From assembly GCA_001871815.1 (NCBI GenBank), contig MNVP01000075.1, positions 1-43,142 on the forward strand: 43,142 nt of DNA. The letters are read 5' to 3'. Under the pieces are notes generated by a model that worked only from the letters and a program-made list of their open reading frames with translations, ran no database searches and was not told where the DNA came from. Position numbers and translations under genes: made by a program. The DNA is from Candidatus Omnitrophica bacterium CG1_02_40_15 (GTDB lineage: Bacteria; Omnitrophota; Gorgyraeia; Gorgyraeales; Gorgyraeaceae). Numbering within the stretch: position 1 is the first letter of the stretch; each line of letters starts with the position of its first letter. This document shows positions 1 to 8,783 of this stretch, piece after piece.

Positions 1-1
1 A

Positions 2-841
2 CAAGGGATAGATTTAAAAGGCCTGGAGATAATAGACAATAAAAAATCAAAAGATTTAGATAAATACGTAGAGCTATATTGTGAAAAGCGTAAGCACAAA
101 AAAGTCAGCCATGAAGATGCATTAAAAATAATCACAGGAAATCCTGTTTTTTACGCCAGCCTTATGGTTAGCGCCGGAGATGCAGATGGATCTGTGGCTG
201 GCGCTTCTATAACTACCCGCGATGTTGCAAAGGCGGCTATCTATTGTATAGGCCCTGCAGAGAATATAAAAACAGTTTCTAGCTCAACGCTTTTAATACT
301 GGGTGATAAGGCTCTCGGGTCTAGCGGTATCTTTATATATGCTGATGCAGGCATCGTGCCTGATCCAACTGCAGACGAGCTGGTAGATATTACAATATCG
401 AGCGCAAGGATGGCAAAGATACTACTGGATGACCAGCCAAAGATTGCGATGTTAAGTTATTCAACTAAAGGCAGCGGCGGCTCTGGTAAAAGTATACAGA
501 AAGTCCAGGAAGCTACAAGGATTGTAAGAGAGAGAGAGCCAGACTTACTTATAGACGGAGAAATACAGGTCGATTGCGCAGTAGTGCCGGAAGTAGCTCA
601 GAGAAAAGACCCTGATTCCAGAATTAAAGGCAGAGCAAATATTTTTATATTCCCGAATTTAGATGCTGGGAATATTTCGTATAAATTAACTCAGCGCCTC
701 GCAAGAGCGCGCGCTATCGGGCCGCTTCTTCAAGGCCTTCAAAAACCAGCCAGCGACCTATCGCGCGGCTGTGATTTTCAGGATATTATAGATGCAGTTG
801 CGATAACAGCTGTCAGGGCACAGGGCGAGGACATTCAGTAG
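2..841 (+). CDS. pta: phosphate acetyltransferase, C-terminal part (5' end outside window)
   Basis: Frame is open from nt 2 (QGIDLKGLEIIDNKKSKDLDKYVELY...). Pta motifs SLMVSAGDADGSVAGA, IAMLSYSTKGSG, FIFPNLDAGNISYKL are present and ackA lies directly downstream. The TAG stop lies inside palindrome A1. Confidence 0.85.
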   Translation, partial: QGIDLKGLEIIDNKKSKDLDKYVELYCEKRKHKKVSHEDALKIITGNPVFYASLMVSAGDADGSVAGASITTRDVAKAAIYCIGPAENIKTVSSSTLLILGDKALGSSGIFIYADAGIVPDPTADELVDITISSARMAKILLDDQPKIAMLSYSTKGSGGSGKSIQKVQEATRIVREREPDLLIDGEIQVDCAVVPEVAQRKDPDSRIKGRANIFIFPNLDAGNISYKLTQRLARARAIGPLLQGLQKPASDLSRGCDFQDIIDAVAITAVRAQGEDIQ

Positions 842-866
842 GGACAGAACATTGTTCTGTCCCTAC
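838..866. repeat. Family A 29-nt palindrome, copy A1
   Basis: GTAGGGACAGAACATTGTTCTGTCCCTAC: 14-nt arms around one central base. It contains the pta stop codon. Confidence 0.9.
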
Positions 867-883
867 AATAACCGACATATCTA

Positions 884-1930
884 ATGTTAATCCTTGTTTT
901 AAATAGCGGAAGCTCTTCAATAAAATATAAGCTTTTTGATGTGCAGGAGAAATCTGAAAAGCTTTTAGATAAAGGCCTTGTGGAAAGGATAGGAGAAAAG
1001 ATCCCGGGCCATAAAGAGGCAATTAACTTTATATTAAATAAAATAGGGACTAAAATAGATGCTGTGGGCCACAGGGTTGTGCATGGAGGCGATAGATTTA
1101 GTAAATCTGTTCTGATAGAAGATAATGTTATAAAGGCAATAGAGGATTTTACTGAACTGGCGCCGCTGCATAATCCACCAAGCCTATTGACAATAAATGA
1201 ATCGAGAAAAATACTCTCAGGCATCCCTCATGTGGCTGTATTTGATACAGCTTTTTATTATAACATGCCTGAGTATGCGTATTTTTATGCGATTCCCTAT
1301 AAGTTTTATGAAAAGTATAAGATTCGTAAATATGGTTTTCATGGAACCAGCCATAGGTATGTATCTGAACAGGCAGGATGTCTTTTAAAGAAGCCTTTAA
1401 ATGAACTTAGGCTTATCACATGCCATCTTGGGAATGGGTGCAGCATAACTGCTGTAAAAAATGGCAAGGCAATTGATACAAGCATGGGTTTTACTCCTCT
1501 GGAAGGCCTTGTGATGGGTACGCGTTCAGGCGATCTGGACCCGGCGATCATACCTTACATAATGGAAAAAGAAAATATAGATGTAAATGCAGTTATGGAT
1601 ATTCTAAATAAAAAAAGCGGGCTTTTAGGTGTTTCCGGGTTAACTAATGACATGCGCGAACTGATGAAAGAAAAAAGCGCAAATAAAAAAGCAAAATTGG
1701 CGTTGGATATTTTTATTTACAGGATAAAAAAATATATAGGCGCTTATATGGGCGTAATGTCAGGATGCGATGCGGTGATTTTCACAGGGGGCATAGGAGA
1801 GAATAACCCTGCTCTTATTGAGGAAATCTGTAAAGGCGTTGTTTCAAAAAAGACGAAGATCCTGGTGATCCCTACGGACGAAGAATTAATGATTGCTCGC
1901 GACACCTATAAAATCGCGCATTTATTATGA
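884..1930 (+). CDS. ackA: acetate kinase (compact, 348 aa)
   Basis: MLILVLNSGSSSIKYKLFD N-terminus, AVGHRVVHGG, FDTAFYYNMP, YGFHGTSHRY, GFTPLEGLVMGTRSGDLDP, PTDEELMIARDT. Confidence 0.9.
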   Translation: MLILVLNSGSSSIKYKLFDVQEKSEKLLDKGLVERIGEKIPGHKEAINFILNKIGTKIDAVGHRVVHGGDRFSKSVLIEDNVIKAIEDFTELAPLHNPPSLLTINESRKILSGIPHVAVFDTAFYYNMPEYAYFYAIPYKFYEKYKIRKYGFHGTSHRYVSEQAGCLLKKPLNELRLITCHLGNGCSITAVKNGKAIDTSMGFTPLEGLVMGTRSGDLDPAIIPYIMEKENIDVNAVMDILNKKSGLLGVSGLTNDMRELMKEKSANKKAKLALDIFIYRIKKYIGAYMGVMSGCDAVIFTGGIGENNPALIEEICKGVVSKKTKILVIPTDEELMIARDTYKIAHLL

Positions 1931-2364
1931 AGATATATGTTGATAAGATACCAGAAGGCGGGCTAGAACTATCCGAAAAGATCCAACCGGAAGCGTTTTT
2001 AATAAACATGGAAGGTATAAGTTTTATTAAACCTATAAATGTAAAGGCGGATGTTTCAAAGATCGGCGCCGAGATTTTTGTGGATGTTGTGTTGGAAACG
2101 CATGTAGAATACACATGCGGGAGGTGCCTTAGCAAATTTGAAGATATTTTTAGAAAAAAGTTTAACATGGCACAGGAGGTCAGGCCTGCGGAAGTAGTGG
2201 AACTGGACGATGAAATAAGGCAGGAGATAATACTAGATTGTCCTGTGAAAATTATTTGTAAAGCTGAATGCAAAGGGCTTTGCCCTAATTGCGGGCAGAA
2301 TCTAAATACAGGAGAATGCGGTTGCGAACATAATGGGCCGATTGAGAATCGGCCTCTACATTAA
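1927..2364 (+). CDS. yceD: YceD/DUF177 family protein
   Basis: Cysteine pairs CGRCL ... CPNCGQNL, in the conserved position just upstream of rpmF. ATGA overlap with the ackA stop. Confidence 0.75.
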   Translation: MKIYVDKIPEGGLELSEKIQPEAFLINMEGISFIKPINVKADVSKIGAEIFVDVVLETHVEYTCGRCLSKFEDIFRKKFNMAQEVRPAEVVELDDEIRQEIILDCPVKIICKAECKGLCPNCGQNLNTGECGCEHNGPIENRPLH

Positions 2365-2450
2365 ATTTAGCTTCGTCCCGCCCTTTTTGGACGGGTTACT
2401 AAGAAGACTCGCCAAAAGAGCGGGGCTTCGCAAAAATTGGGAGGTTTTAA

Positions 2451-2651
2451 ATGGCTTTACCAAAAAGAAGGCATTCAAGTTCAAGGCAGGGTAAAAGAAG
2501 AGGTTCTCAGAAAGTTCATATGCAGAGCACGTCTATTTGCCCTAATTGCAAATCACCCAAACTGCCTCACCGCGTATGCAGCGTATGCGGCTATTACAAA
2601 GGCAGGCAGGTGATACAGATTAAAGAGAAGAAAAAAGAAGAGAAAAAGTAG
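2451..2651 (+). CDS. rpmF: 50S ribosomal protein L32
   Basis: MALPKRRHSSSRQGKRR plus zinc ribbon CPNC...CSVCGYYKGRQV. Confidence 0.95.
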   Translation: MALPKRRHSSSRQGKRRGSQKVHMQSTSICPNCKSPKLPHRVCSVCGYYKGRQVIQIKEKKKEEKK

Positions 2652-2686
2652 TTAAAAGTTTAAGGTTTTAAGTTAAAGGTTAAAGA
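2652..2686. repeat. Family G heptamer array, copy G1 (single arm)
   Basis: Five tandem 7-mers TTAAAAG TTTAAGG TTTTAAG TTAAAGG TTAAAGA fill the rpmF-plsX gap exactly. TAA occurs in all three frames. Confidence 0.8.
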
Positions 2687-2687
2687 G

Positions 2688-3689
2688 ATGATCAAAATAG
2701 CGCTAGACGCCATGGGTTCTGACAATGCCCCGTTTTCAGACGTAGAGGGAGCTGTTTTAGCAGCTCGTGAATTTAGTTACGAGATTACATTGGTGGGAAA
2801 TCAGGATTTAATAAAAAAAGAGCTCGAAAAATACAAACCTATCCCTTCCAATATATCAATACATCATGCCTCTGAAGTCATTGGGATGCATGAGCAGCCT
2901 GTTTTAAGCGTAAGAAGAAAAAAAGATTCGTCTATAGTCAGCCTGTCTAATCTTGCAAAAGAGAAAAAGGCAGATGCTATAGTAAGCGCTGGTAACACCG
3001 GCGCAATGGTATGCGCTGCAACGCTTAAATGCAAGCTTCTCAGCGGGATAGAAAGAGCTGGGATAGGCATTATTATGCCTACTCTTAAAGGGCCTATGGT
3101 AATGATAGACGGAGGCGCAAATATAGACGCTAAACCATCTCATCTTTTACAGTATGGTATCATGGCAAGCGCTTATTCAGAGTATATATTTAATAAAAAA
3201 TCTCCAAAAGTCGGGCTTTTAAATGTAGGCGAAGAAGAATCAAAAGGCACAGGTTTTTTAAAAGAGGCTTACAGCCTTCTTGAGTCTTCAGGGCTTAATT
3301 TTATAGGTAATGTAGAAGGAAGAGATTTTTTTGTTGGCGATTGCGATGTAATAGTCTGTGATGGGCTTGTGGGCAATGTAGCTTTAAAGGTTACTGAAGC
3401 AGTTGTTTATGCGTTTGAAGAAATGCTTAAGAAAGAATTAAAGAGCAGATTCTTATCTTTAGTAGGGTCTATGCTGGCTAAGAATGCTTTTATATCAATG
3501 AAGAAAAAAATGGATTATGCTGAGTATGGCGGGGCTCCGCTTCTCGGGGTTAATGGCGTTTGTATAATAGGGCATGGTTCATCAAATCCCAAGGCAATAA
3601 AAAACGCTATTCGAGTTGCAGGAGAAGAGGTAGTTAAAAACATAAACCAGCATATTATAGAAACAATTGCTATTAGGAGGGAGCGATGA
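2688..3689 (+). CDS. plsX: phosphate acyltransferase PlsX
   Basis: MIKIALDAMGSDNAP, SAGNTGA, GGANIDAKP, NVGEEESKG, LLGVNGVCIIGHGSS. Confidence 0.9.
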   Translation: MIKIALDAMGSDNAPFSDVEGAVLAAREFSYEITLVGNQDLIKKELEKYKPIPSNISIHHASEVIGMHEQPVLSVRRKKDSSIVSLSNLAKEKKADAIVSAGNTGAMVCAATLKCKLLSGIERAGIGIIMPTLKGPMVMIDGGANIDAKPSHLLQYGIMASAYSEYIFNKKSPKVGLLNVGEEESKGTGFLKEAYSLLESSGLNFIGNVEGRDFFVGDCDVIVCDGLVGNVALKVTEAVVYAFEEMLKKELKSRFLSLVGSMLAKNAFISMKKKMDYAEYGGAPLLGVNGVCIIGHGSSNPKAIKNAIRVAGEEVVKNINQHIIETIAIRRER

Positions 3690-4666
3690 TGGAACAGGCT
3701 GGCATACTTGGATTAGGTTGTTATCTACCAGTCATGAAGCTGACAAATAAAGACATGGAGAAGATGGTCGATACATCAGATGAATGGATAATGACAAGGA
3801 CTGGGATCAAGGAAAGAAGGATTGCTCCAAAGGAATTTGCTGCGAGCGACCTTGGAGTGGAGGCTGCCAGAGCTGCCATTAAAGACTCAGGGTTAAAGCC
3901 TGAAGATATAGATTTGATTATTGTTGCTACAGTAACGGGCGATATGGCATTTCCATCTACCTCATGTATTATACAGGATAAGATAGGCGCTCGTAACTCA
4001 GCCGCATTTGATATAAATGCGGCGTGTTCAGGTTTTATATTCGGTATAATTACTGCGAAACAATTTGTTGATTCAGGGTTTTATAAAAATGTGCTGGTTA
4101 TAGGCGCAGAAAAGATGACCAATCTTGTTGACTGGCAAGATCGGTCTACGTGCGTATTGTTCGGAGACGGAGCAGGCGCATGCGTTGTAGGAAAGAGTAA
4201 AGATAGGCGGATTATCTCTTATTTTATAGGCTGCGATGGTTCAGGCAGTAATCTTTTAAGGCTTCCAGCAGGGGGCTCCAGGATTCCTACAACAGAAGAG
4301 ACTGTTAAGGCTAAGCTTCATTTTTTAAAAATGGAAGGCAACGAGGTATTTAAAATCGCGGTAAAGGTAATGGCAGATGCTGCGAATAAGGCAATTACAA
4401 AAGCAGGGCTTTTATGTAGCGACATAGATTTATTGATACCGCATCAGGCAAATATAAGGATATTAATGGCTGTTGCAAAAAAGATGGGCTTGCCGGAAGA
4501 AAAGATTTTTCTTAATATAGAAAAATACGGCAATATGTCATCGGCTTCAACAGCTGTTGCGCTGGCAGAGGCAGATAAAGAACATAAGATTAAAAAAGGC
4601 GATAATGTCGCGCTTGTTGCGTTTGGAGCAGGATTGACTTACGGGGCTGTTGTGATTAAGTGGTAA
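3686..4666 (+). CDS. fabH: 3-oxoacyl-ACP synthase III
   Basis: TSDEWIMTRTGIKERRIA, active-site AACSGF, HQANIRI, GNMSSAS. ATGA overlap with plsX. Confidence 0.9.
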   Translation: MMEQAGILGLGCYLPVMKLTNKDMEKMVDTSDEWIMTRTGIKERRIAPKEFAASDLGVEAARAAIKDSGLKPEDIDLIIVATVTGDMAFPSTSCIIQDKIGARNSAAFDINAACSGFIFGIITAKQFVDSGFYKNVLVIGAEKMTNLVDWQDRSTCVLFGDGAGACVVGKSKDRRIISYFIGCDGSGSNLLRLPAGGSRIPTTEETVKAKLHFLKMEGNEVFKIAVKVMADAANKAITKAGLLCSDIDLLIPHQANIRILMAVAKKMGLPEEKIFLNIEKYGNMSSASTAVALAEADKEHKIKKGDNVALVAFGAGLTYGAVVIKW

Positions 4667-4672
4667 AGGATG

Positions 4673-4761
4673 GTTCTCGACTGGGCGTGCATGCATAGCC
4701 AGTATGTCCACTCGAACAATATTTATATTCTTCGAGCGAGGCCGAAGGCCGAGTCGAGAAG
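4673..4761. repeat. Family B TCGA-rich composite element, copy B1
   Basis: GTTCTCGACTGGGCG ... CTCGAACAATATTTATATTCTTCGAGCG ... AGTCGAGAAG as nested inverted repeats. Fills the fabH-fabD gap. Confidence 0.85.
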
Positions 4762-4770
4762 GAAATAATT

Positions 4771-5715
4771 ATGAATAAAATATGTTTTATTTTTCCATGC
4801 CAGGGATCGCAGTATGTGGGAATGGGGAAAAAGCTGTATGATAATTCTCCGGAAGCAAAAACTATATTTGACCAAGTAGAAAAAAATTTACCGGGATTAG
4901 ATCTAAAGAAACTTTGTTTTGAAGGCCCGATAGAAAAATTGACACAGACGGCAAACAGCCAAGTCGCGATACTTGTTACGAGCATCGCAGCTTTGCGGAT
5001 ATTAGAGACTGTAGGGACAGCACAATGGGCTGTCCCTACAGTGAAGGCGGGGCTAGTATGCTGCGCAGGGTTGAGTCTTGGGGAATATAGTGCGCTGGTT
5101 GCAAGCGGCGCATTGGAATTTTTAGACGCTGTAAGATTAGTTAGGCGAAGAGGGGAATTAATGGAACAAGCGGCTTTGAATAATCCAGGAACTATGGCGT
5201 CTATACTTGGGATTTCCGCAGAAGATCTGAAAGAAATTTGTAAAGAGACAGGGGCCGAAATAGCAAATCTAAATTGTCCGGGACAAATAGTTATATCAGG
5301 TAAAATTGAATCTGTCCAAAAAGCCATGGCCCTAGCTGAGCAAAAAGGCGCTAAAAAGGCAATTATATTAAATGTAAGCGGGCCTTTTCATTCATCATTT
5401 ATGAAAGAAGCTGCAAAGGAGTTTAAAAAAGAGCTTGGTAAAACAAAATTTTCCAGCCCCATGGTACCTATTGTAAGTAACGTTACAGCTGATTACGAAA
5501 AAACAGTTGATGAGATAAAAGAAAATCTTGTAAAACAATTATACAGCCCTGTGAGATGGGAAGAGTCTATACTAAAAATCAGCCAGGAAGGCTGCGATAC
5601 GTTTTTTGAGATAGGGCCCGGAAAGGTGCTTAAAGGATTATTGCGCAGGATAAATCCGGAATTAAAGGTTTATAATATAGAAACTGTGGAGGATATAAAT
5701 AATCTAACTTTGTAA
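4771..5715 (+). CDS. fabD: malonyl-CoA:ACP transacylase
   Basis: FIFPCQGSQYVGMG, nucleophile elbow GLSLGEYSAL, NCPGQIVISG, SGPFHSSFM, VRWEES. Carries in-frame palindrome A2. Confidence 0.9.
   Translation: MNKICFIFPCQGSQYVGMGKKLYDNSPEAKTIFDQVEKNLPGLDLKKLCFEGPIEKLTQTANSQVAILVTSIAALRILETVGTAQWAVPTVKAGLVCCAGLSLGEYSALVASGALEFLDAVRLVRRRGELMEQAALNNPGTMASILGISAEDLKEICKETGAEIANLNCPGQIVISGKIESVQKAMALAEQKGAKKAIILNVSGPFHSSFMKEAAKEFKKELGKTKFSSPMVPIVSNVTADYEKTVDEIKENLVKQLYSPVRWEESILKISQEGCDTFFEIGPGKVLKGLLRRINPELKVYNIETVEDINNLTL
5011..5039. repeat. Family A palindrome, copy A2 (inside fabD, in frame)
   Basis: GTAGGGACAGCACAATGGGCTGTCCCTAC, translated as VGTAQWAVPT. GTA is codon 81 of fabD. Confidence 0.9.
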
Positions 5716-5722
5716 AAGAATA

Positions 5723-5837
5723 GTTCTCGACTGGGCGCGTATGTATAGCCATAATGTCCGCTCGAACAATATTAGAAGCATCCAATATTCTTCGAGTGAT
5801 AATGATAACATATCATGAAAGCAAAGTCGAGAAGAAC
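5723..5837. repeat. Family B composite element, copy B2
   Basis: Roughly 85 percent identical by eye to B5 over about 110 nt: GTTCTCGACTGGG...TATAGCC...CGCTCGAACAATATTAGAA...CCAATATTCTTCGAG...CATATCATGAAAGCA.AGTCGAGAAG. Confidence 0.9.
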
Positions 5838-5854
5838 TGTAAAGGGGAAATATT

Positions 5855-6604
5855 ATGTGCGAATTAGTTTTAGAAGGCAAACTGGCTATTATAACAGGAG
5901 GGGCGAGAGGTATTGGCAAGGAGATAGCAATGCTCTTTGCAAAAGAAGGAGCTAATATTGCCATATGCGATGTAAATCTGGAAGAGGCTGAAAAAACAGC
6001 AAAAGAAATCCAGGATTTAGGCCGCGAAAGCCTTGCTTTTAAGGTTGACGTTACTGAACAAAGCCAAATACAGGGCATGGTGGATAAAATTCTTGACAAA
6101 TTCAATAAAATAGATATACTTATTAACAACGCTGGCATAACAAAAGACAATCTTCTTTTAAGGATGTCAGAAGAAGAGTGGGATAAGGTAATAGCGGTAA
6201 ACCTTAAAGGCACTTTTCTATGCACAAAGATAGTTTCAAAGGTTATGCTCAAGCAGCGTTTTGGCAAGATAGTTAATCTTGCGTCGATCATTGGGATAAT
6301 GGGCAATGCAGGCCAGGCAAATTACGCAGCTTCAAAGGCAGGCATAATAGGGCTTACAAAAAGCGTGGCAAAAGAGCTGGCTTCGCGTAATATATGCGTG
6401 AATGCAATAGCCCCTGGATTTATAAAGACAGATATGACAGCCAGATTGCCTGAGGAAGTTCAGAAAAAAATGCTTTCTGTGATACCTCTGGCAAGGTTTG
6501 GCGAAGCAAAGGATGTGGCGGATTTAGCTCTATTTCTTTCGAGCGGAAGCTCTTCATATATAACAGGCCAGGTGATACAGGTAGACGGTGGAATGGTGAT
6601 GTAA
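5855..6604 (+). CDS. fabG: 3-oxoacyl-ACP reductase
   Basis: TGGARGIGKEIA, NNAGIT, YAASKAGIIGLTKSVAKE, PGFIKTDM. Confidence 0.9.
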   Translation: MCELVLEGKLAIITGGARGIGKEIAMLFAKEGANIAICDVNLEEAEKTAKEIQDLGRESLAFKVDVTEQSQIQGMVDKILDKFNKIDILINNAGITKDNLLLRMSEEEWDKVIAVNLKGTFLCTKIVSKVMLKQRFGKIVNLASIIGIMGNAGQANYAASKAGIIGLTKSVAKELASRNICVNAIAPGFIKTDMTARLPEEVQKKMLSVIPLARFGEAKDVADLALFLSSGSSSYITGQVIQVDGGMVM

Positions 6605-6617
6605 AAATAAAAAGTTA

Positions 6618-6681
6618 GTTAAAAGTGAAAGGTGAAAAGTTAAAGATTTTTACCTTATACTTTAAACTTTACACCTTTAAC
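6618..6681. repeat. Family G heptamer hairpin, copy G2
   Basis: 5' arm GTTAAAA GTGAAAG GTGAAAA GTTAAAG, short loop, then a 3' arm of complementary 7-mers (..ACTTTAA ACTTTAC ACCTTTAAC). Imperfect pairing, about 21 of 28. Confidence 0.7.
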
Positions 6682-6709
6682 CAACATTTATACCAAGGAG
6701 GAATTAGAC

Positions 6710-6949
6710 ATGGCAGTTGCTGAGAAAGTGAAATCAATAATAGCAGAACAGCTTGGCGTGAAGCAGGAAGAGGTGACTCCGGAAGCGTCTTTTATAGACG
6801 ATCTTGGCGCAGATTCTCTTGATACGGTAGAGCTTGTAATGGCGCTTGAAGAAGAATTTGCTATAGAGATTCCTGATGAAGATGCTGAAAAGATCACTAC
6901 TGTAGGCGACGCTATTAAGTATATAGAAGAAAAGGGCACAAAAAAGTAA
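6710..6949 (+). CDS. acpP: acyl carrier protein
   Basis: [19 protein letters not shown] phosphopantetheine-attachment motif. AAGGAGG RBS upstream. Confidence 0.95.
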   Translation: MAVAEKVKSIIAEQLGVKQEEVTPEASFIDDLGADSLDTVELVMALEEEFAIEIPDEDAEKITTVGDAIKYIEEKGTKK

Positions 6950-6964
6950 TATTTTGGATACATA

Positions 6965-7019
6965 GGGGTTAGGAGGGCTATTAAATTTATTTTTATATCT
7001 CTTCTGACCCTTTATTTTT
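6965..7019 (+). terminator. possible intrinsic terminator/attenuator after acpP
   Basis: GGGGTTAGGAG ... CTCTTCTGACCC pairs with G:U wobbles and is followed by TTTATTTTT. The loop is long (about 22 nt), so this is a weak call. Confidence 0.35.
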
Positions 7020-7024
7020 AATGA

Positions 7025-7075
7025 GCCCCTACCGTTTTGATTCGCTTTGCGAATGCAAAACGAATCAGTAGGGGC
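7025..7075. repeat. Family C 51-nt hairpin, copy C1
   Basis: GCCCCTAC CGTTTTGATTCGC TTT GCGAATGCAAAACG AATCA GTAGGGGC. Its reverse complement is 49/51 identical to C2. Confidence 0.9.
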
Positions 7076-7138
7076 GAATTAATCCCGCCCTTTTAGCAAT
7101 TTTTCTCAGCTTGTTATTCAAAAGGGCGGGATAACTTC
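7076..7138. repeat. Family D hairpin, copy D1
   Basis: GAATTAATCCCGCCCTTTT-(25-nt loop AGCAATTTTTCTCAGCTTGTTATTC)-AAAAGGGCGGGATAACTTCGG. Matches D2. Confidence 0.85.
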
Positions 7139-7179
7139 GGCCAAATAAGTTACGTCGTTTCACTCCGTAACTTATGGCC
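7139..7179. repeat. Family E hairpin, copy E1
   Basis: GGCC AAATAAGTTACG TCGTTTCACTC CGTAACTTAT GGCC. Same stem as E2, and the loop motif TCGTTTCACTC is shared with E3 and F2. Confidence 0.85.
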
Positions 7180-7185
7180 TCACTT

Positions 7186-8424
7186 ATGAAACGTAGAGTT
7201 GTTGTTACGGGATTGGGTGTAATTTCTCCGATAGGATGCGCTAAAGAGGCTTTCTGGGCTAACCTCATAAAAGGAAAGAGCGGTATAGCGCCCTTGACTT
7301 ATTTTGATGCTAGCCAATATGAATCCCGCATTGCAGGAGAGATTAAGGATTTTGCGCCGCACCCTTTTATTTCCGTTAAAAACCTCAGAAGAATGGAGAA
7401 ATTTGTACAGTTTGGCGTAACTGCTGCGAAAAATGCTATCGATGATTCAGGCATTGATGTATCAAAGGAAGATCCTTATAGAATAGGCATTATAGTGGGT
7501 TCAGGAATAGGAAGCCTGAGAATAATAGAGGAAGAGCATAAAGTAATACTTGAAAAAGGGCCTTCTCGCATAACTCCGTTTCTTATCCCAATGCTTATAG
7601 TGAACATGGCAGCAGGCCATATATCTATCATGATAGGTGTTAAAGGCCCGAATCTATGCACTACAACAGCGTGCGCGTCTGGTTCTCACGCTATAGGCGA
7701 AGCAATGAGAATTATCCAATATGGCGACGCAGATATAATGATAGCAGGCGGAACAGAGAGCTGTATTACTACGCTTGGCATAGGAGGTTTTTGCGCATTA
7801 AAAGCTCTTTCTACTAGAAATAACGATCCAGAAAGAGCTTCCAGGCCTTTTGATAAAGATAGAGATGGCTTTGTAATGTCAGAAGGATGCGGCATTGTAA
7901 TCTTAGAAGAATTGAAGCACGCTAAGAAAAGAAACGCCAAGATATATGGCGAAGCAGTAGGATATGGCATGACCGGAGACGCATATCATATGACAGCGCC
8001 TGATCCTAAAGCAGAAGGGCCTGCCAGATGCATGCTGAATGCGTTGAAGGACGCTAATTTGAAACCCGAAGAGATATCCTATATAAATGCCCATGGAACA
8101 TCTACTCCACTTAATGATAAGATAGAAACTCTTGCTATAAAGAAAGTATTTGGAAATTTTGCGAAAAAGGTTCCTATCTCATCTACAAAATCAATGCTAG
8201 GCCATCAATTAGGCGCAGCAGGAGCAGTAGAATTTGTTATCTGCTGCCTTTCCATAGAAAGAGGCGTTATTCCTCCTACAATAAACTACGAAACCCAAGA
8301 CCCAGATTGCGATCTTGACTATGTGCCTAACAAAGCGCGCCAGTTAAAGGTCAATACCTGCCTTTCTAATTCCCTTGGCTTCGGCGGCCATAATGCCACA
8401 TTAATCGTTAAAAAATTAGCCTAA
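7186..8424 (+). CDS. fabF: 3-oxoacyl-ACP synthase II
   Basis: MKRRVVVTGLGVISPIG, TACASGSHAIG, NAHGTSTPLND, SMLGHQLGAAG, GFGGHNATL. Start set to ATG 7186 because ATG 7174 lies inside hairpin E1. Confidence 0.9.
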   Translation: MKRRVVVTGLGVISPIGCAKEAFWANLIKGKSGIAPLTYFDASQYESRIAGEIKDFAPHPFISVKNLRRMEKFVQFGVTAAKNAIDDSGIDVSKEDPYRIGIIVGSGIGSLRIIEEEHKVILEKGPSRITPFLIPMLIVNMAAGHISIMIGVKGPNLCTTTACASGSHAIGEAMRIIQYGDADIMIAGGTESCITTLGIGGFCALKALSTRNNDPERASRPFDKDRDGFVMSEGCGIVILEELKHAKKRNAKIYGEAVGYGMTGDAYHMTAPDPKAEGPARCMLNALKDANLKPEEISYINAHGTSTPLNDKIETLAIKKVFGNFAKKVPISSTKSMLGHQLGAAGAVEFVICCLSIERGVIPPTINYETQDPDCDLDYVPNKARQLKVNTCLSNSLGFGGHNATLIVKKLA

Positions 8425-8496
8425 TATCTGTTATTGATTTACATCTTGATAAGGGGTGATAAATAGTGTATATTATATTTACGCAAAAAGAGTGAT

Positions 8497-8682
8497 ATGA
8501 GAAGTATATTAAAATTAGCCCGGCATAATACGGAAAAAGAGATAGATTTTGAATTAAAATATCTCAGGTCACTTTCGGTAAAAAAAAGATTTGAGATGAT
8601 GTTTAAAAAGACAAAAGAGATAGTCAAACTTCTGGAGAGGCATGGGCACAGAAAGCCTTTTGAGATTATTAAAAGAACATAA
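8497..8682 (+). CDS. hypothetical small protein (61 aa), coding status uncertain
   Basis: ORF only; I recognise no family. It overlaps by 41 nt a truncated nucleotidyltransferase-like fragment in another frame, a layout typical of small two-gene modules. Confidence 0.3.
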   Translation: MRSILKLARHNTEKEIDFELKYLRSLSVKKRFEMMFKKTKEIVKLLERHGHRKPFEIIKRT

Positions 8683-8737
8683 GGTTGATTTTGTGATAAT
8701 TGGCGCGGCTGCTTTTCCGGTTTATGGATACCGATAG
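8642..8737 (+). pseudogene. truncated nucleotidyltransferase-fold gene fragment (31 codons)
   Basis: MGTESLLRLLKEHKVDFVIIGAAAFPVYGYR* resembles the N-terminus of small nucleotidyltransferase-fold proteins. It stops before the catalytic Asp region. Confidence 0.3.
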
Positions 8738-8783
8738 TGTATAATAACAACAGATAATAAATACTTTTTAAAATACTAAAATC

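Noticed and set aside
884-1930. ackA as a truncated or pseudogenised gene (348 aa versus about 400 aa typical).
   Set aside because: All catalytic and nucleotide-binding motifs are present and the frame is intact. The missing residues correspond to two peripheral segments, so it looks like a compact orthologue.
4656-5327. 223-aa minus-strand ORF antisense to fabD. Many other listed antisense ORFs are similar, e.g. 5704-6306, 13976-14419, 36664-37290, 38029-38463.
   Set aside because: These ORFs are fully embedded in well-supported genes on the other strand, have no recognisable motifs and have low-complexity composition. They are treated as shadow ORFs. The VGTAHCAVPT peptide in this one is only the mirror image of palindrome A2.
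5723-5837. Family B elements as small self-cleaving ribozymes (hammerhead or twister type).
   Set aside because: I could not find the CUGAUGA...GAAA hammerhead core or another ribozyme core I recognise. Only generic nested stems are present.
7025-7075. Family C hairpins as integron attC sites.
   Set aside because: There is no intI, the flanks do not match the R''/R' (RYYYAAC/GTTRRRY) cores, and the neighbouring genes are core operon members rather than cassettes.
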